A DNA stretch of 64,000 nt from Vitrella brassicaformis CCMP3155 (taxonomy: Eukaryota > Protista > Chromerida). This document shows, in pieces, positions 13,566-24,900 of this stretch. Under the pieces are notes generated by a model. The model did not search any database. It was not told the origin of the DNA and saw only the letters and a program-made list of their open reading frames with translations. How positions within the stretch are numbered: position 1 is the stretch's first letter; the number at the start of each line of letters is the position of its first letter. The position numbers were made by a program, and so were the translations under genes. The stretch spans positions 24,416-88,415 of the forward strand of contig CDMY01000396.1 of assembly GCA_001179505.1 (NCBI GenBank). The letters run 5' to 3'.

Positions 13566-14190
13566 TGCCTTCACAGCAGGAGGGGGACGAAGGCGGCGCT
13601 GACAGAGTGGCCGAGCATGTTGATCACCAGAGATAGAACTGCTTCTTCTTTACAGATCCCACGAGCAGCATTGGCTTCGGTTTGGCAGATCTTCCATCCA
13701 AGCACATCAACGAGTGTCAGCTGCCGTCTGCTGAGCTTTTTAGAGCCTGTAAGGCACCAATTGCGCAGTCGGTGTGCGATCAGCTTCCCGGTGCCCCTTT
13801 TTGCATTTCGCAATTTTGGCGATGTTTCTTAAACAGAGTATGCTGGTAGCCACAGAGAGCAGCGCCTCCCGCGACAAAATCGCAAACGAATTTGCCAGGT
13901 TCGAGAAAAAGAGGAATTCGATCCTCACTCGATCACCCCGTTTCTCGCAAAAGTGGCACATTCGTTTAGCGATTTTGTCACATAGGTCGCTTCCCTTTGA
14001 TGGTCTGACGAAGGAATGAGGTGAACATTCTGCGAGCTCGGGATTGAGCTCGCTTTTGCGTGCTCGGGACTGAGCTCGCCATGCCAAAAAGGACAAAGAC
14101 AGGGAACGAGTCGTCGCAACGTCTCCCGCAAGAATGCGCGGGCTGCCGCTGAGCGATATCTGGATCGGCGGGACGTTGATGCGTTACGCC
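13100..14190. repeat. ~1.1-kb direct repeat, left copy (PhyH intron 1/exon 1 + promoter copy B + POP4 5' remnant)
   Basis: Aligns in the same orientation with 22686-23760. Confidence 0.9.
14106..14190 (+). pseudogene. 5' remnant of POP4 with the start codon mutated (ATG to ACG)
   Basis: GGGAACGAGTCGTCGCAACGTCTCCCGCAAGAATGCGCGGGCTGCCGCTGAGCGATATCTGGATCGGC matches the POP4 start at 23676 (GGGAATGAGTCGTCAC...). Similarity ends at ~14190. Confidence 0.85.
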
Positions 14191-14530
14191 CGCTCAAAGG
14201 AGCGGAGCCGCAGTTTTTTCTTGTCCACTTCAGGCAGACGATGCCATCGCTCAGAGGACTCTCGCTCTGTCCGGCAGGACAGCGATCCTGTGATCATCTC
14301 TCAAAATTGCATCTCTGCTTGCGCGTCGTGCCTTCCCTTCTAGTGGCGTCATTGTTTGGCTTATCGACTCATCGGTGGAGTGATTTGCTTGTCGACAGTC
14401 GCTGCCTTTCCACCGGTAAGCACATGCACGAGAGATGACACGTGCGAACGACACACTCACTCAGTGCGCATTGTGTGTGTGGTGGTTTTGAGGCGCTGTG
14501 TGGGCTGCCGTGAGGACAGCGGGTGGCACT

Positions 14531-17480
14531 ATGAGCAGCACATCGGCATCAGCTGCTGCAAGTGGGCTGACCTACTGGCTTAAGAGAGAGGGAGGGGAGG
14601 ATCCACTTATGTGGTGTGGTGTTCGTTGGTCAGGCCGCGAACATATTGGAGTCGGCAATCGCAGCGGTGCTCTCGTAGACCAGTCGATGAGTGCGGCAGG
14701 CAGCACGTCTGTCGCCGGCAGCCTGCTCAACGCCCTCAGGAACCTCTGTGTGCTGCAGTCGCGGGTATGCAGAACAGAACAGAGAAGAGCCACAGCTACA
14801 TCATCCCTATCCGTCGCGCGCACGTGTGCGCGCGTGTGTGTGTGATCAGGGTCAAGCGGTTCTCGAATCGCTTTATGCAGTAAGGCACACAGGCAGCTGG
14901 CTGGCCCTATGTGGCTCATTCTGGTGTGACGTGTGTCATTCACAGGGGTCGCCCATTAGCGCGGAGATGGCCAGCGGAGCCCTCTCGGATCTCGCATCTC
15001 ACACAGAAGGCTGCGGCTCGGCCATCGCACGGCTGGATAGCCTAGTGCAGGTCGGAATGATGCCGATAGCCTCTCTGTGTGTATGCCTTCTCTCTCTGCA
15101 TATAATGCTCTGTGTGTGTTCTTGTTTTCGGTTCAGGGCAGCAGTGGTGCGCGGGAGACGACTGAGGAGGCCTCCGACGCTGCACATGAGGGGGTACGTC
15201 TGTTTCGCTCTAATACTGACATGACGGCCTGTGAATTGCGTGGTGTAGTTTCTGTCGTGCCCCAAGGGGGACTTGGCCGGCAAGAAACTCCACAACACCG
15301 GGGGCCAAAAGGTCAGTCAGGGAGGGAGGGGCCACCTGTGCTGTGTACAGGTGTTTGGGCGGTGTCTTGTGCCTTGGTGTGTGCAGTCTAGCAAGAAGAG
15401 CGGCAAGACCTCGTCCAAGCCATCGTCAGCCAAATCGGTAGGTAAACCACACTAAACCACACTCACGCACCGCACCAAACGCAGATCTGATCTCCACTCC
15501 ACTCATACGACCCTCCTGTCGTATGCTTGCCGTCTTCTCTCTCCAAATCAGGAGGGCGGCAGTGGTGTCAAGCGTCCGCCCGGCAAGTTCATCCTGTTTT
15601 GCAACGAGCGCCGCGCGGCCCTGAAGCAGGAGATGGAGGCCGAGGGCGTCGATGCCGCACCCAAGGGCGTCAACAAACGGCTCGGGGAGGAGTGGAACAC
15701 CATGGACGAAGACGAAAAGAAGGTCAACTCGGACGGGGAGAGACGTTCACATGGATGGACGCTCAGCTCACATGGTGCACCGCACCGTGTCCTGTGTATG
15801 TGTTGTGGCTGTCAGCCGTACAAGGACAAGGCTGAGGAGCTGCTCGCTGCCTGGAAGCAGAGTCAGTGAGCCGACAGACCGTCCGACAACGCACAACCAC
15901 ACACATGTGTCCATTTGTGTGTGTCGTGTCGTGTCATGTTTGTCAGGCACTGGCGGCGATTCCTCGTCCAAGAAGGGCAAGAAGGGCAAGGGCGACGAAG
16001 ACGATGAGGACGAGGGGGAGGAAGACGAAAACGTAACACAACAAACACGACCACCCCATCGGCTATTCGTCTGTGTGTCCATGGATGTCGCTATCAGGAA
16101 GCCGTGCAGGGCCAGGGTGGTGCGAAGCGTTGCCGAGTCGATGGCCTTCCCGAGTCGTCTGGTGCTGCCCAGCCCGTCTTCCTGCCTGGGCTGTCCCTGC
16201 CCACCGACGTCATGCGCGACGTATTCCTACCTCTCATCACCCCCAACGACTCCACTGCCCTCTGCCGCACATCCGAGGCGGTCAGCAGCGCACTCGAGGC
16301 CGGCGTGGCCGCCGACATCGACAGCATCATCCGACACGACGGCCTCACCGGCGTCATCGGCTACCGCCAGGTGCGCCAGTCGACCGGCGTCCGTCGTCTG
16401 GTGCGCCGACTGCGACTGATCCGCCTCCACTACCTGATGGTGGCGGGGGGCGACTGGCGCGGCAGCGTGCCGCTGCTGCGGCTGGCCAAGAGCTGCGGAC
16501 GGGTGAAGCAGCTGCCCATCGAGCTGACGAAGAACGACCTGCAGCACGTGGGCAGCAAGGCCGTCATCGACAGCCGGCCGCCCAGCATGAGGCAATACGC
16601 CCTCTTCAGCCACCGACTGAGCCAGAGGATGCGGCTGACGCGTGATGCCGGCGGGGGGGACGAGATGGGCGGGGATGAGGTGACGGTGTACACCGACCAG
16701 ACGGTGCCGGCCAGATATCGAGATCGATTCGATCCAGACGATCCTGTGTGCGAATGTAAGAGAGGGAGGGCAAAGCCCACAAGAAAGGCAACTCGACCTA
16801 GATGGTCTTCTCCCTCCCTGTTTCCGTGTCTGCAGACGGTGGTGTCGTGTACGATGGCTTCAGAGGAATGATCATCAAGAGGTGCGATGCGGCACCGCTC
16901 AAAGTGGAAGGCACACACAAGACGGCAACCTGCTGTTTGCTCTTGCCTTCCCAGCATGGCCTTCGGGTCATCGCGTTTGGTGTCAAACCGCTTCTACAAC
17001 GGGCGTCCGCCCTCTGCTGAGTGTCACCGCATCAATGTCCTGCTCGACCAGCAGCCGCCCCTGTGGGACTGTCGCACCATCGGCTACCACCTCCACACAC
17101 CCCGCCGATTCGTCATACTCTGTGGCGACGAGGAGGGCGATGACTTCCTGGCCTTCATCGAGATGACCAAGTACACAGGACACATGTACCCTGATGGGGC
17201 GGCAGACATGTACCTGTACACCACCGAGGCGCCCCAGAGCGGCGTAGGCGCTGCTGGCTCCCCCCTGACAGTGTCCATCGCGCGCAACAAGATGGGCGAC
17301 GACATCAGAGCCCTCCCAGACGTCGACGAGGCCTCCAATACAGGTACACGCGACTGCAAAGTGAGACCCACACAGGGGCAAGACTTTCTCTTCATGTGTG
17401 TGCACAGCTGTCGCGGCGGTGTTAGTGTAGCTGATGTGGAGTGACGTACACATCTGACGGGTGGACGACTCTGAGATGAG
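14531..17480 (+). CDS. Lineage-specific F-box-like family protein with an upstream HMG-box (paralogue 1)
   Basis: Starts MSSTSASAAA. HMG box VKRPPGKFILFCNERRAALK...KRLGEEWNTMDEDEKK|PYKDKAEEL. Splices in frame via an acidic exon to LPTDVMRDVFLPL...WRGSVPLLRLAKSCG. The 3' end is uncertain. Confidence 0.65.
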
Positions 17481-18323
17481 CATGTGACCTGGCAATGGGC
17501 GTGGCGTGGCTGGTGGGGGGATGCAATGGATGCTTCTGTAGCCGTCCACTTTTTCTATGCGTGTTTTTTCTCACACAAATCCAATCCCTACACGCGATCA
17601 TCAATGCATGGATCCCGAGCCGTTCTTCAGCATGTATGGCATGTATCCACCGCATCCAGTTTTGTGTACACACACTGGTTGTCGTCGGATTCATATTCGT
17701 GCAGGCCAGGCGGTGCGTGGTGAACTCCTTGATCTGACTGACGGGCTGGTTGAGTGCTTTACCATTCAGATGTCATGTGGTCACATGCCTGCCAGTCATA
17801 TGGATCAGGAGTCACATGCGCAGTAGCATCACGCAAACTATACAGACAGACACGCACACACACACGCATCAACCAGACAGGCAGCCAGGCGCATGTTTGT
17901 CATCCATCAGACATACACAAACCCTCACTGCACCAACCCACTCACACAATCACGTCAGCGGCATGGTTTCGATCTCGCGCGCTGAAAGGAGGAGTTCGGC
18001 AGTTGTTGGTTTTTGCGCGCGTCCAGACGAAACCATCAGCTCAGAGGGCTCCCTCTGTCCCGCACGACAGAGATCTCATCGCATTCTCTGCCGTGTTCGC
18101 AATTGCGTGTTCGTCGTGAGCCCTCCCGTCTGGCGGAGTGCTGCGCGGCGCTGTGATTGATTGGCTTATCGACTCATCGTTTGACTGATTTGCTCGTCGA
18201 CAGTCGCTGTTCTCTCGCCGGTGAGCACATGCGCGTGGGAGCGACGCACTCACTGCGCCATTGTGCGTGTGCGGTGGTCTTCAGGCGTTGTGTGGGCTGC
18301 CGTGAGGCCAGTGGGCGGCAGCT

Positions 18324-20593
18324 ATGAGCAGCACATCGGCATCAGCTGCTGCTGCAGGTGGGCTGACTGGTTGGAAGAGGGAGAAAAGGGTTAGTTGTGT
18401 GGTGTGGTGTTTGTGTCGGTCAGGTAGTGTCTTCTATAGCAGTGGCAGTAGTTCGATCGGCACACAAGGAGATGAGCAGTCGGTAAGCCAAGATGCGGCC
18501 ACACAAACAGGCAGAGACCGTCATGCATTCGTCTGTTTCTCATGACAACGTCGCGTGTGCTGTGCAGAAGTCGTCTGATCCCGTGGCGCGTCTGGTGAAG
18601 TTACACCACCAGGTAGGTAGGTGGCTTGGCTCCAGACACAGACGAGAGGACATGTGGGCAGACAGGGAGATGGATGGCGGGTGTGACATGTCGTGTGTGT
18701 TGTGCGTGCAGGCAATGGGGATCTCTCTGACCACTCATCCAACACAGTCGCCTCGCAGACAGAGATGGTGGCACAGGTACGATGCCACGTATGCCGTGTG
18801 TGTGTGTGGATATCTTCCTTCGTGACGTATTGCTGCTTTTGCTTCAGGGCCCTGGCAGCCGATTTGCCAACAAGGCCGTCACTGATGAGACCACTAAGGC
18901 CACAAAGACACAGAAGAAGGTACGACAGCTGCTGCACCGTGCTGCTGACATCATTACGGCCAACGTATGCTGTGCTGCGCGTGTCAGGTTGACGCCATGG
19001 GGCTCTTGCGGCAGCTATACGCCCTGCCCGAGGCCCTCATGCACGGCACACTCCTCCCCCTCATGGACCAGCAGCACCTGCACACCGCACTCGCCAAGGT
19101 CAGCAGTGCCCTCTGCTGCACCTCACCGGCAGTCGGCAGCGCCGTCGCGGCCGCCCTCATCCCCCAAATCGACAGCATCATCGAACGCGACGGCCTCACA
19201 GGCGTCATCGGCTACACCCAGATCCGTTGGCACCTGCAGCGGCAGCCGGGTCGGGCGATGGACGTGTGTCGTCCATTCCGGCTGATCCGCCTCCACTATG
19301 TGGTGGTGACAGGGGGCGACTGGCGGGGCAACGTGCCGCTGCTGCGGCTGGCCAAGAGCTGCGGGCAGATCCAGTCGCTGCCGATTCAGCTGACGAAGCA
19401 CGACCTGCACCGTGTGGGCAGCAAGGCCGTCATCGACAGCCGGCCGCCCAGCATCCGCCAGTACAGCCTCTTCAGCCACCGACTGGGCGAGGGGATGCGG
19501 CTGACGCGCAACGCCAACGGGCGGGAGATGCTGGGTGGGTATGAGGTGACGGTGCACACCGACCAGACGGTGCCGAGGAGGTATCGAAATCGCTTCGATG
19601 CGGCCGATCCCCCGTGCCGATGTGAGAGAGGGGAGGGGAAAGCACCACAGGAAAGGCAACTTGACATGGATGGTGTCTGCCGCTGTGTCTGTGTGTCTGC
19701 AGACAATGGTCTCGAGCTCAGCAGCTTCAGAGGACTGGTCATCAGGAGGTACGCAGCGACTGAAATGAGAGAAGAAACAGTACAGCAAGGTGTCGTGTTG
19801 TCTGTCTTTCCGCTCCTTGCTCTTTCAGGTTGACAGAGTGGTCGTTGCGTTGTGTGTCGTATCAGAACTGGCATCTGCCCTCTGCTGAGTGTCGTGACAT
19901 CGGTGCCCTGGTCGACCAGCAGTCGCCCCTGTGGGACGGCTGCCGCACCATCGACTACAGCACCATCGGCGGCTCATACCGACTCGTCATACTGTGTGGC
20001 GAGGAGGAGGGCGACAAGCGGCGTACATCGAGATGGCCAAGGGGTCTTATCGGCCGGCATCCATCTCCCTCTTCACTACCGAGGCGCCCCAGCAGGCCGG
20101 CGATGGCCCTGCTGCCTCCACGCAGGCAGTGGGCATCGCCCGCAACAAGATGGGCGACGCCATCACTCTACTCCCACAGGTCAACGAGGCCATCAACACA
20201 GGTACACACGAATGAAAAGGGGCGGGGGACGCAGCCACGCACACACATTTCATGGAGTGCGCCTTCGTGTCGCTCTGATGTTCAGGTGTGTTTGCGTGTT
20301 CGGCCACAGAGCGGCGACCGACCTTCCAGATCTTCTACAGAAGCATCCCAGGTCAGACACATAGACTCTCACGAACCAGTCTCCACATTGTGACTATTTT
20401 ACATGCAGGCAGGACCGGAGTACTGGACGTCCACCCCAGCGACACCATCAGGACTGTCAAGGCCAAGATTCAGGCCAAGGAGGGCATCCGCATCAGCTGG
20501 CAGCGACTCAATTATGGTGGCAAGCCGCTCGAGGACGGCCGCACCCTGTCGGACTACAACATCCAGAAGGAGAGCACACTGTTCCTGCTGTAG
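18324..20593 (+). pseudogene. Paralogue 2 of the same family: no HMG box, C-terminal ubiquitin domain, frameshift at ~20016-20023
   Basis: Same MSSTSASAAA start, same core (WRGNVPLLRLAKSCG; KAVIDSRPPS) and a similar upstream region (17975-18380 vs 14186-14580). The frame switches between GEEEGD and AYIEMAK. Last exon [22 protein letters not shown]...[17 protein letters not shown]. Confidence 0.7.
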
Positions 20594-21384
20594 CCTGGGG
20601 GGCGGCATGCAGATCTTCGTCTAGACACTCTCTCACTGGTGGGTCAGGCAACACACACGACCTCACCAGCGGGACTCTGCAAACGTGTGACTTAGTCGGC
20701 GTGGTGGGCGTGGCACGCATCGATCGAGAGAGACAGGGATGGATAGATGAGTAGATGCGTGTGTGTGTGTGTAGGTATGCGCATTGGACCGACCTTGGCT
20801 CCCTCCGTTGAATGTTCATTCGAGGTGTGTGTGATGTATGTATACGCAGCATCGCTTTTCAACACTTCTTGTCTTTGCATGTGTGTACTTGACGGATTCA
20901 ATCCGTGTGTTGGTCGGTCACATCATCCTTCACCCTTTACAGACCCCAGACACGCCAACTAGACAGACAGACAGACAGATCAACCAGCCAGACAACCAGG
21001 CGCATGTTTGTCATCCGTCATTCACACACACACATGCACACACCCTCACCACACCAATGAAAACTATGAAATGACACTAACTGGTGTGGGGGGACGGTAT
21101 GGATGGTAATGCGTGAATCCATCTGTCTGTTTGACTGTTCCGCGTCGATAGAGTACACCAGACCAGATACATGGGCGGTGGAAAATCACTCACTAACCGA
21201 ATGCACCGCACCAATCGGCCGCTCCTCTCCCATCTCCCACCTGCCGTAACTAGCGTACACGCCGATACAGTGAGTGCACTGCCCGGACACGCAATACGAT
21301 ACACTGCAGCAGAAATACAACACACAACTCCCCCAACCCCCACATGAGGGAAAAACCCTCCCTCCCTCTCTCCCCTCTGTCATG

Positions 21385-22681
21385 TCAGCTCTTCTTGTAC
21401 GCCTGCATGAGGTCGTCAGCGATAGAGTAGGCAATCATGGCCGCCAGCGCCAGCATCAGCCCCACCGTGGCCCAGAAGGGCCGCCGCTCGATACACGAGC
21501 ACCCCCACACACTTAATGCGCTCATGCCAGTCCACATACTGCCGCAGCAGCTGCTCCAGCCGCTCCGCTTCAGACGCCGAGTGCAGCGTCGACGCGTGTG
21601 AGCGGGGCGACTCCTCTTCCCCAGCCGCTTCATGCTCGTCTTTTGCCGGCGACGTGTCGTCGGGTAGGTAGGGCGCCAGTTTGTGCCTCATCCGCCGCTT
21701 GCTGCCTTGGTGCCGCTCCTCCCTGCCACCCTCCTCAGCGCCGTTCATCTCAGCTGGTGGCCGACGACACGCGGGAGTTTTCCTGGGTGTCGTCCGCGAC
21801 CGTCACGGCGTCGGACTGCCTGCCCGCATCGTTGTGGCAGCCGCACCCGAGCCGCCCTCCTCGTGTGCGTGTGGGAGTGGCTGTGTCCTGGTCTTGCGGG
21901 CGATAGCCAGCAGATACACCACAGCGGGCAGGAAGTAGTTGGCCAACACACCTGCCGTGATAGAACTGCACACACAGAGAGAAAGAGAGACACACACACA
22001 CTGCCGAAGAGCCGCCGATTGGACAGGGCCCACGCGACCAGCCAGGGGGCACAGCAGCCGCAGAAGAACGCCCCCTGCTGACCGCACAGACCACTGTTAT
22101 AGAGGTTGTAACGACTCGCAATGGCCATGACAGGAATGCCGGGCAGCACGGTGGTGAACGAAAACGTGAGCATCCCCGTCGACGGCTCGTTGGTCATGTA
22201 CACGAACGCGTTGCTGCTGTTGAGAGCGGGGTACGCCACACACCACCAAGGCGAAGCTGAAGTAGAGAAACGCGGAGAGGATGGCCGACATCCACACGAC
22301 GGGCATGACTCGAGTGGACGGGAGGACCTCGTTGCACCAGGAGGGGATCAGCACCACGTAGGAGTAGGAGGCGACCATGATGCCGAAGACGGCGCCGTAG
22401 CCAGTGTCGCCGACTAGAGGGGGGAAGGTCACTGGGGAGTGGGTGCGCTCCTCCTGCTGGAATGACCGAATGATCGACGAGATGATGATCAGGCCGATGG
22501 CGCCGAACTGCAGAAAAAACGTGACGATCTGAATGTACATGTTCTCATTCAGACTGACACACACATCGACACCGACACACACTCCCACAACCGCCGCTCT
22601 TTCGCCCGGTGTGCTGTCATTTCTCTCATACTTACACACTTACTTGAGGTAGCTCATGGGCAGGCACAGCAGCGCCGTCAG
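21385..22681 (-). CDS. C-terminal half of an amino-acid/polyamine permease (Aa_trans-like), probably spliced to the PhyH exon-1 copy upstream
   Basis: LPMSYL(N)LNENMYIQIVTFFLQF; VFGIMVASYSYVVLIPSWCNE; LPGIPVMAIASRYNLYNSGLC; several hydrophobic helices. No N-terminal half in the window. Confidence 0.75.
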
Positions 22682-22685
22682 TCTG

Positions 22686-23760
22686 TCTATCTCATGCAAT
22701 GCACGTGACGTGACCTGCTGTTAGCTGACTGACCTGCTCAGGTTTTGGTTGGTGCTCTCGAGCCAATCCCAGACGCCCTCACGGCATCTCTCCAGCATCG
22801 CTGCGGCCATCACGTCCCCGATGACGCAGTAACCCTCCTGCCTCAAGTAGCCCATTGCCTCACCCATCTGCCGCTCGTCCAGCACAGAAAACCGCTTGAT
22901 TGCCGGACACTCCAGCTCCAATGGACCATTGCCGCCCTCTCCCTCCCCCGCTCCCCAGAAGACCCGCCGCACACAGCGCGAGATGCCGGTCTCGCACTGC
23001 TTCTTCGTGGCCTCGTCGAAGGTGAGGCACTGCCGCAGGAACAGGGGGCCCGCGTGAAGCGCGAGACCGGCCAGATCCCACAGGAACACGTTGGGAGGTG
23101 AGAGAGAACGACGATGGGCCGCGGTGGGCTGTGGGACGCTCACTTTCATTGCCTTCACAGCGGGAGGGGGACGAAGGCGGCGTTGACAGAGTGGGCGAGC
23201 ATGTTGATCACCAGGGATAGAACTGCATCTAAGAGCAGCATTGGCGTCGGTGTCGGCAGATCTTCCATCCAAGCACATCAACGAGTGTCAGCTGCCGTCT
23301 GCTGAGCTTTTTAGAGCACGAGTCAGCGTGCGAGCTCAGCTTCCCGGTGCCCCTTTTTGCATTTCGCCATTTTGGCGATGTTTCTTTGACTGAGTATGCT
23401 GATAGCCACGCGGGGCAGCGCCTCCCGTGACAAAATCGCAAACGAATTTCCCAGGTTCGAGAAAAAGAGGAATTCGATCCTCACTCGATCACCCCGTTTC
23501 TCGCGAAAGTGGCACATTCGTTTAGCGATTTTGTCGCATAGGTCGCTTCCCTTTGATGAGCTCTCAACGTCTGACGAAGGAAAAAGCAGGGAATATTTTG
23601 CGAGCTGAGGGCTGAGCTTGCAATTATGCGAGCCCGGGTCTGAGCTCGCCATGGCAAAAAGGGCAAAGAAAGGGAATGAGTCGTCACAACGTGTCCCGCA
23701 AGAATGCGCGGGCTGCCGCTGAGCGATATCTGGATCGGCAAAATGTGGATGGGTCACGCC
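22686..23760. repeat. ~1.1-kb direct repeat, right copy (PhyH exon 1 copy + promoter copy C + POP4 start)
   Basis: Near-identical PhyH exon-1 translation (22721..23281 vs 13131..13574) and promoter sequence. Confidence 0.9.
22733..23149 (-). CDS. Duplicated PhyH exon 1, the first exon of a putative chimeric gene
   Basis: MKVSVPQP...YLRQEGYCVIG...WLESTNQNLSR. The donor GTCAGT is retained; no further PhyH exons follow. Confidence 0.7.
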
Positions 23761-24443
23761 CAAGCCACCCTCTCTACGCGCCAGGGGCTTCGGCAGAGCA
23801 TCCCCATCCCCCTTCGTCCACGGCGGACGATGCTGCTCTCGACTTCCTGACGGACGCGGTGCCGTCGATGCGAGATGACCCGGCCGCCGTGTACGAGGGC
23901 AAGGTCAAGGGGCGAGTGATGCGGCTGGACAACCAGCCCAGCAAGAAGCAGCAGCAGGGAGAGGCCAAGACCAAGCAGAAGCCGCCACGGCGGCTCACCA
24001 AGATGAGCAACAACGAGGCGCGGAGGCGGGGCCTCTACGACTTGCAAGACGGCACACTGAGCTATGCCGACTGCCTCCCCCTGAATGAGTTGTGGAGCCA
24101 GTACGCCGAGCAGCTGATGCACGAGCGGCTGCCCATCACCGAGAGGGGCAGCCGGCTGGCGGCGGCCGACCTGCATGGCGCATTTGTGAGAGTGGACAAG
24201 GCCAGGGTGCCGAGTTACATCGGTCTTGACGGCATTATCGTGCAGGAGACCGAGCAGACGATTCGGCTGATGTGCCAGGACAGCCGCCTTCGCACGGTGG
24301 TCAAGGGCCAGGTGGTGCTGAGTGTGGTCGTGCTGGGCGTCAAGTACTTTCTGCATGGCCCGCAGCTGGCCTACCGGCCTAGTGTCCGCTCCAAAGTCAA
24401 ATTCAAGCCGACCACCAAGGGCCTGGGGCTCGGCTGGCTCTGA
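23676..24443 (+). CDS. POP4: RNase P/MRP subunit p29 (POP4/Rpp29), intact intronless copy 2, 255 aa
   Basis: Complete ORF containing LNELWSQY, ADLHGAFVRV, GLDGIIVQETEQT and LHGPQLAYRPSVRSKVKFK. Confidence 0.85.
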   Translation: MSRHNVSRKNARAAAERYLDRQNVDGSRPSHPLYAPGASAEHPHPPSSTADDAALDFLTDAVPSMRDDPAAVYEGKVKGRVMRLDNQPSKKQQQGEAKTKQKPPRRLTKMSNNEARRRGLYDLQDGTLSYADCLPLNELWSQYAEQLMHERLPITERGSRLAAADLHGAFVRVDKARVPSYIGLDGIIVQETEQTIRLMCQDSRLRTVVKGQVVLSVVVLGVKYFLHGPQLAYRPSVRSKVKFKPTTKGLGLGWL

Positions 24444-24900
24444 ATGAATGGATGGATGAATGAAGGGAGGGAGGGAGGGAGGGAGGTGTGATATCCTTCG
24501 TGTCTACGCTACCGCTATGCTTGGCTGCACTGAAATGTACTGTATAGCTAAGAGATTCTCAAGTGTCTTGCTGGAGTGGAGTGGTGTATGAAAGAAAGGC
24601 GCTGGACACGGCGGAGGTGTGGCGTTCATTCCGTGTGTGTGTGTGTGTGTGTGAACCACGGTTGTGCTTTCCTATCACACCATGAATCGATTGGAGTCGA
24701 ATACCTCACGACACCTACATACATATATCCAGTACAGACAGACAGACAGACACGGACACCGCGTCAAGTACTCTTATTTGTTTTTTCCTGCATGGATCAC
24801 GAGCACGGGTGCTTGACCACCAACCAACTGAATGTATGTGTGTGTGTGTGTGTACACACCTACTCGATCTGTGCAGGTATGGATGCGTATACTGTGTACT

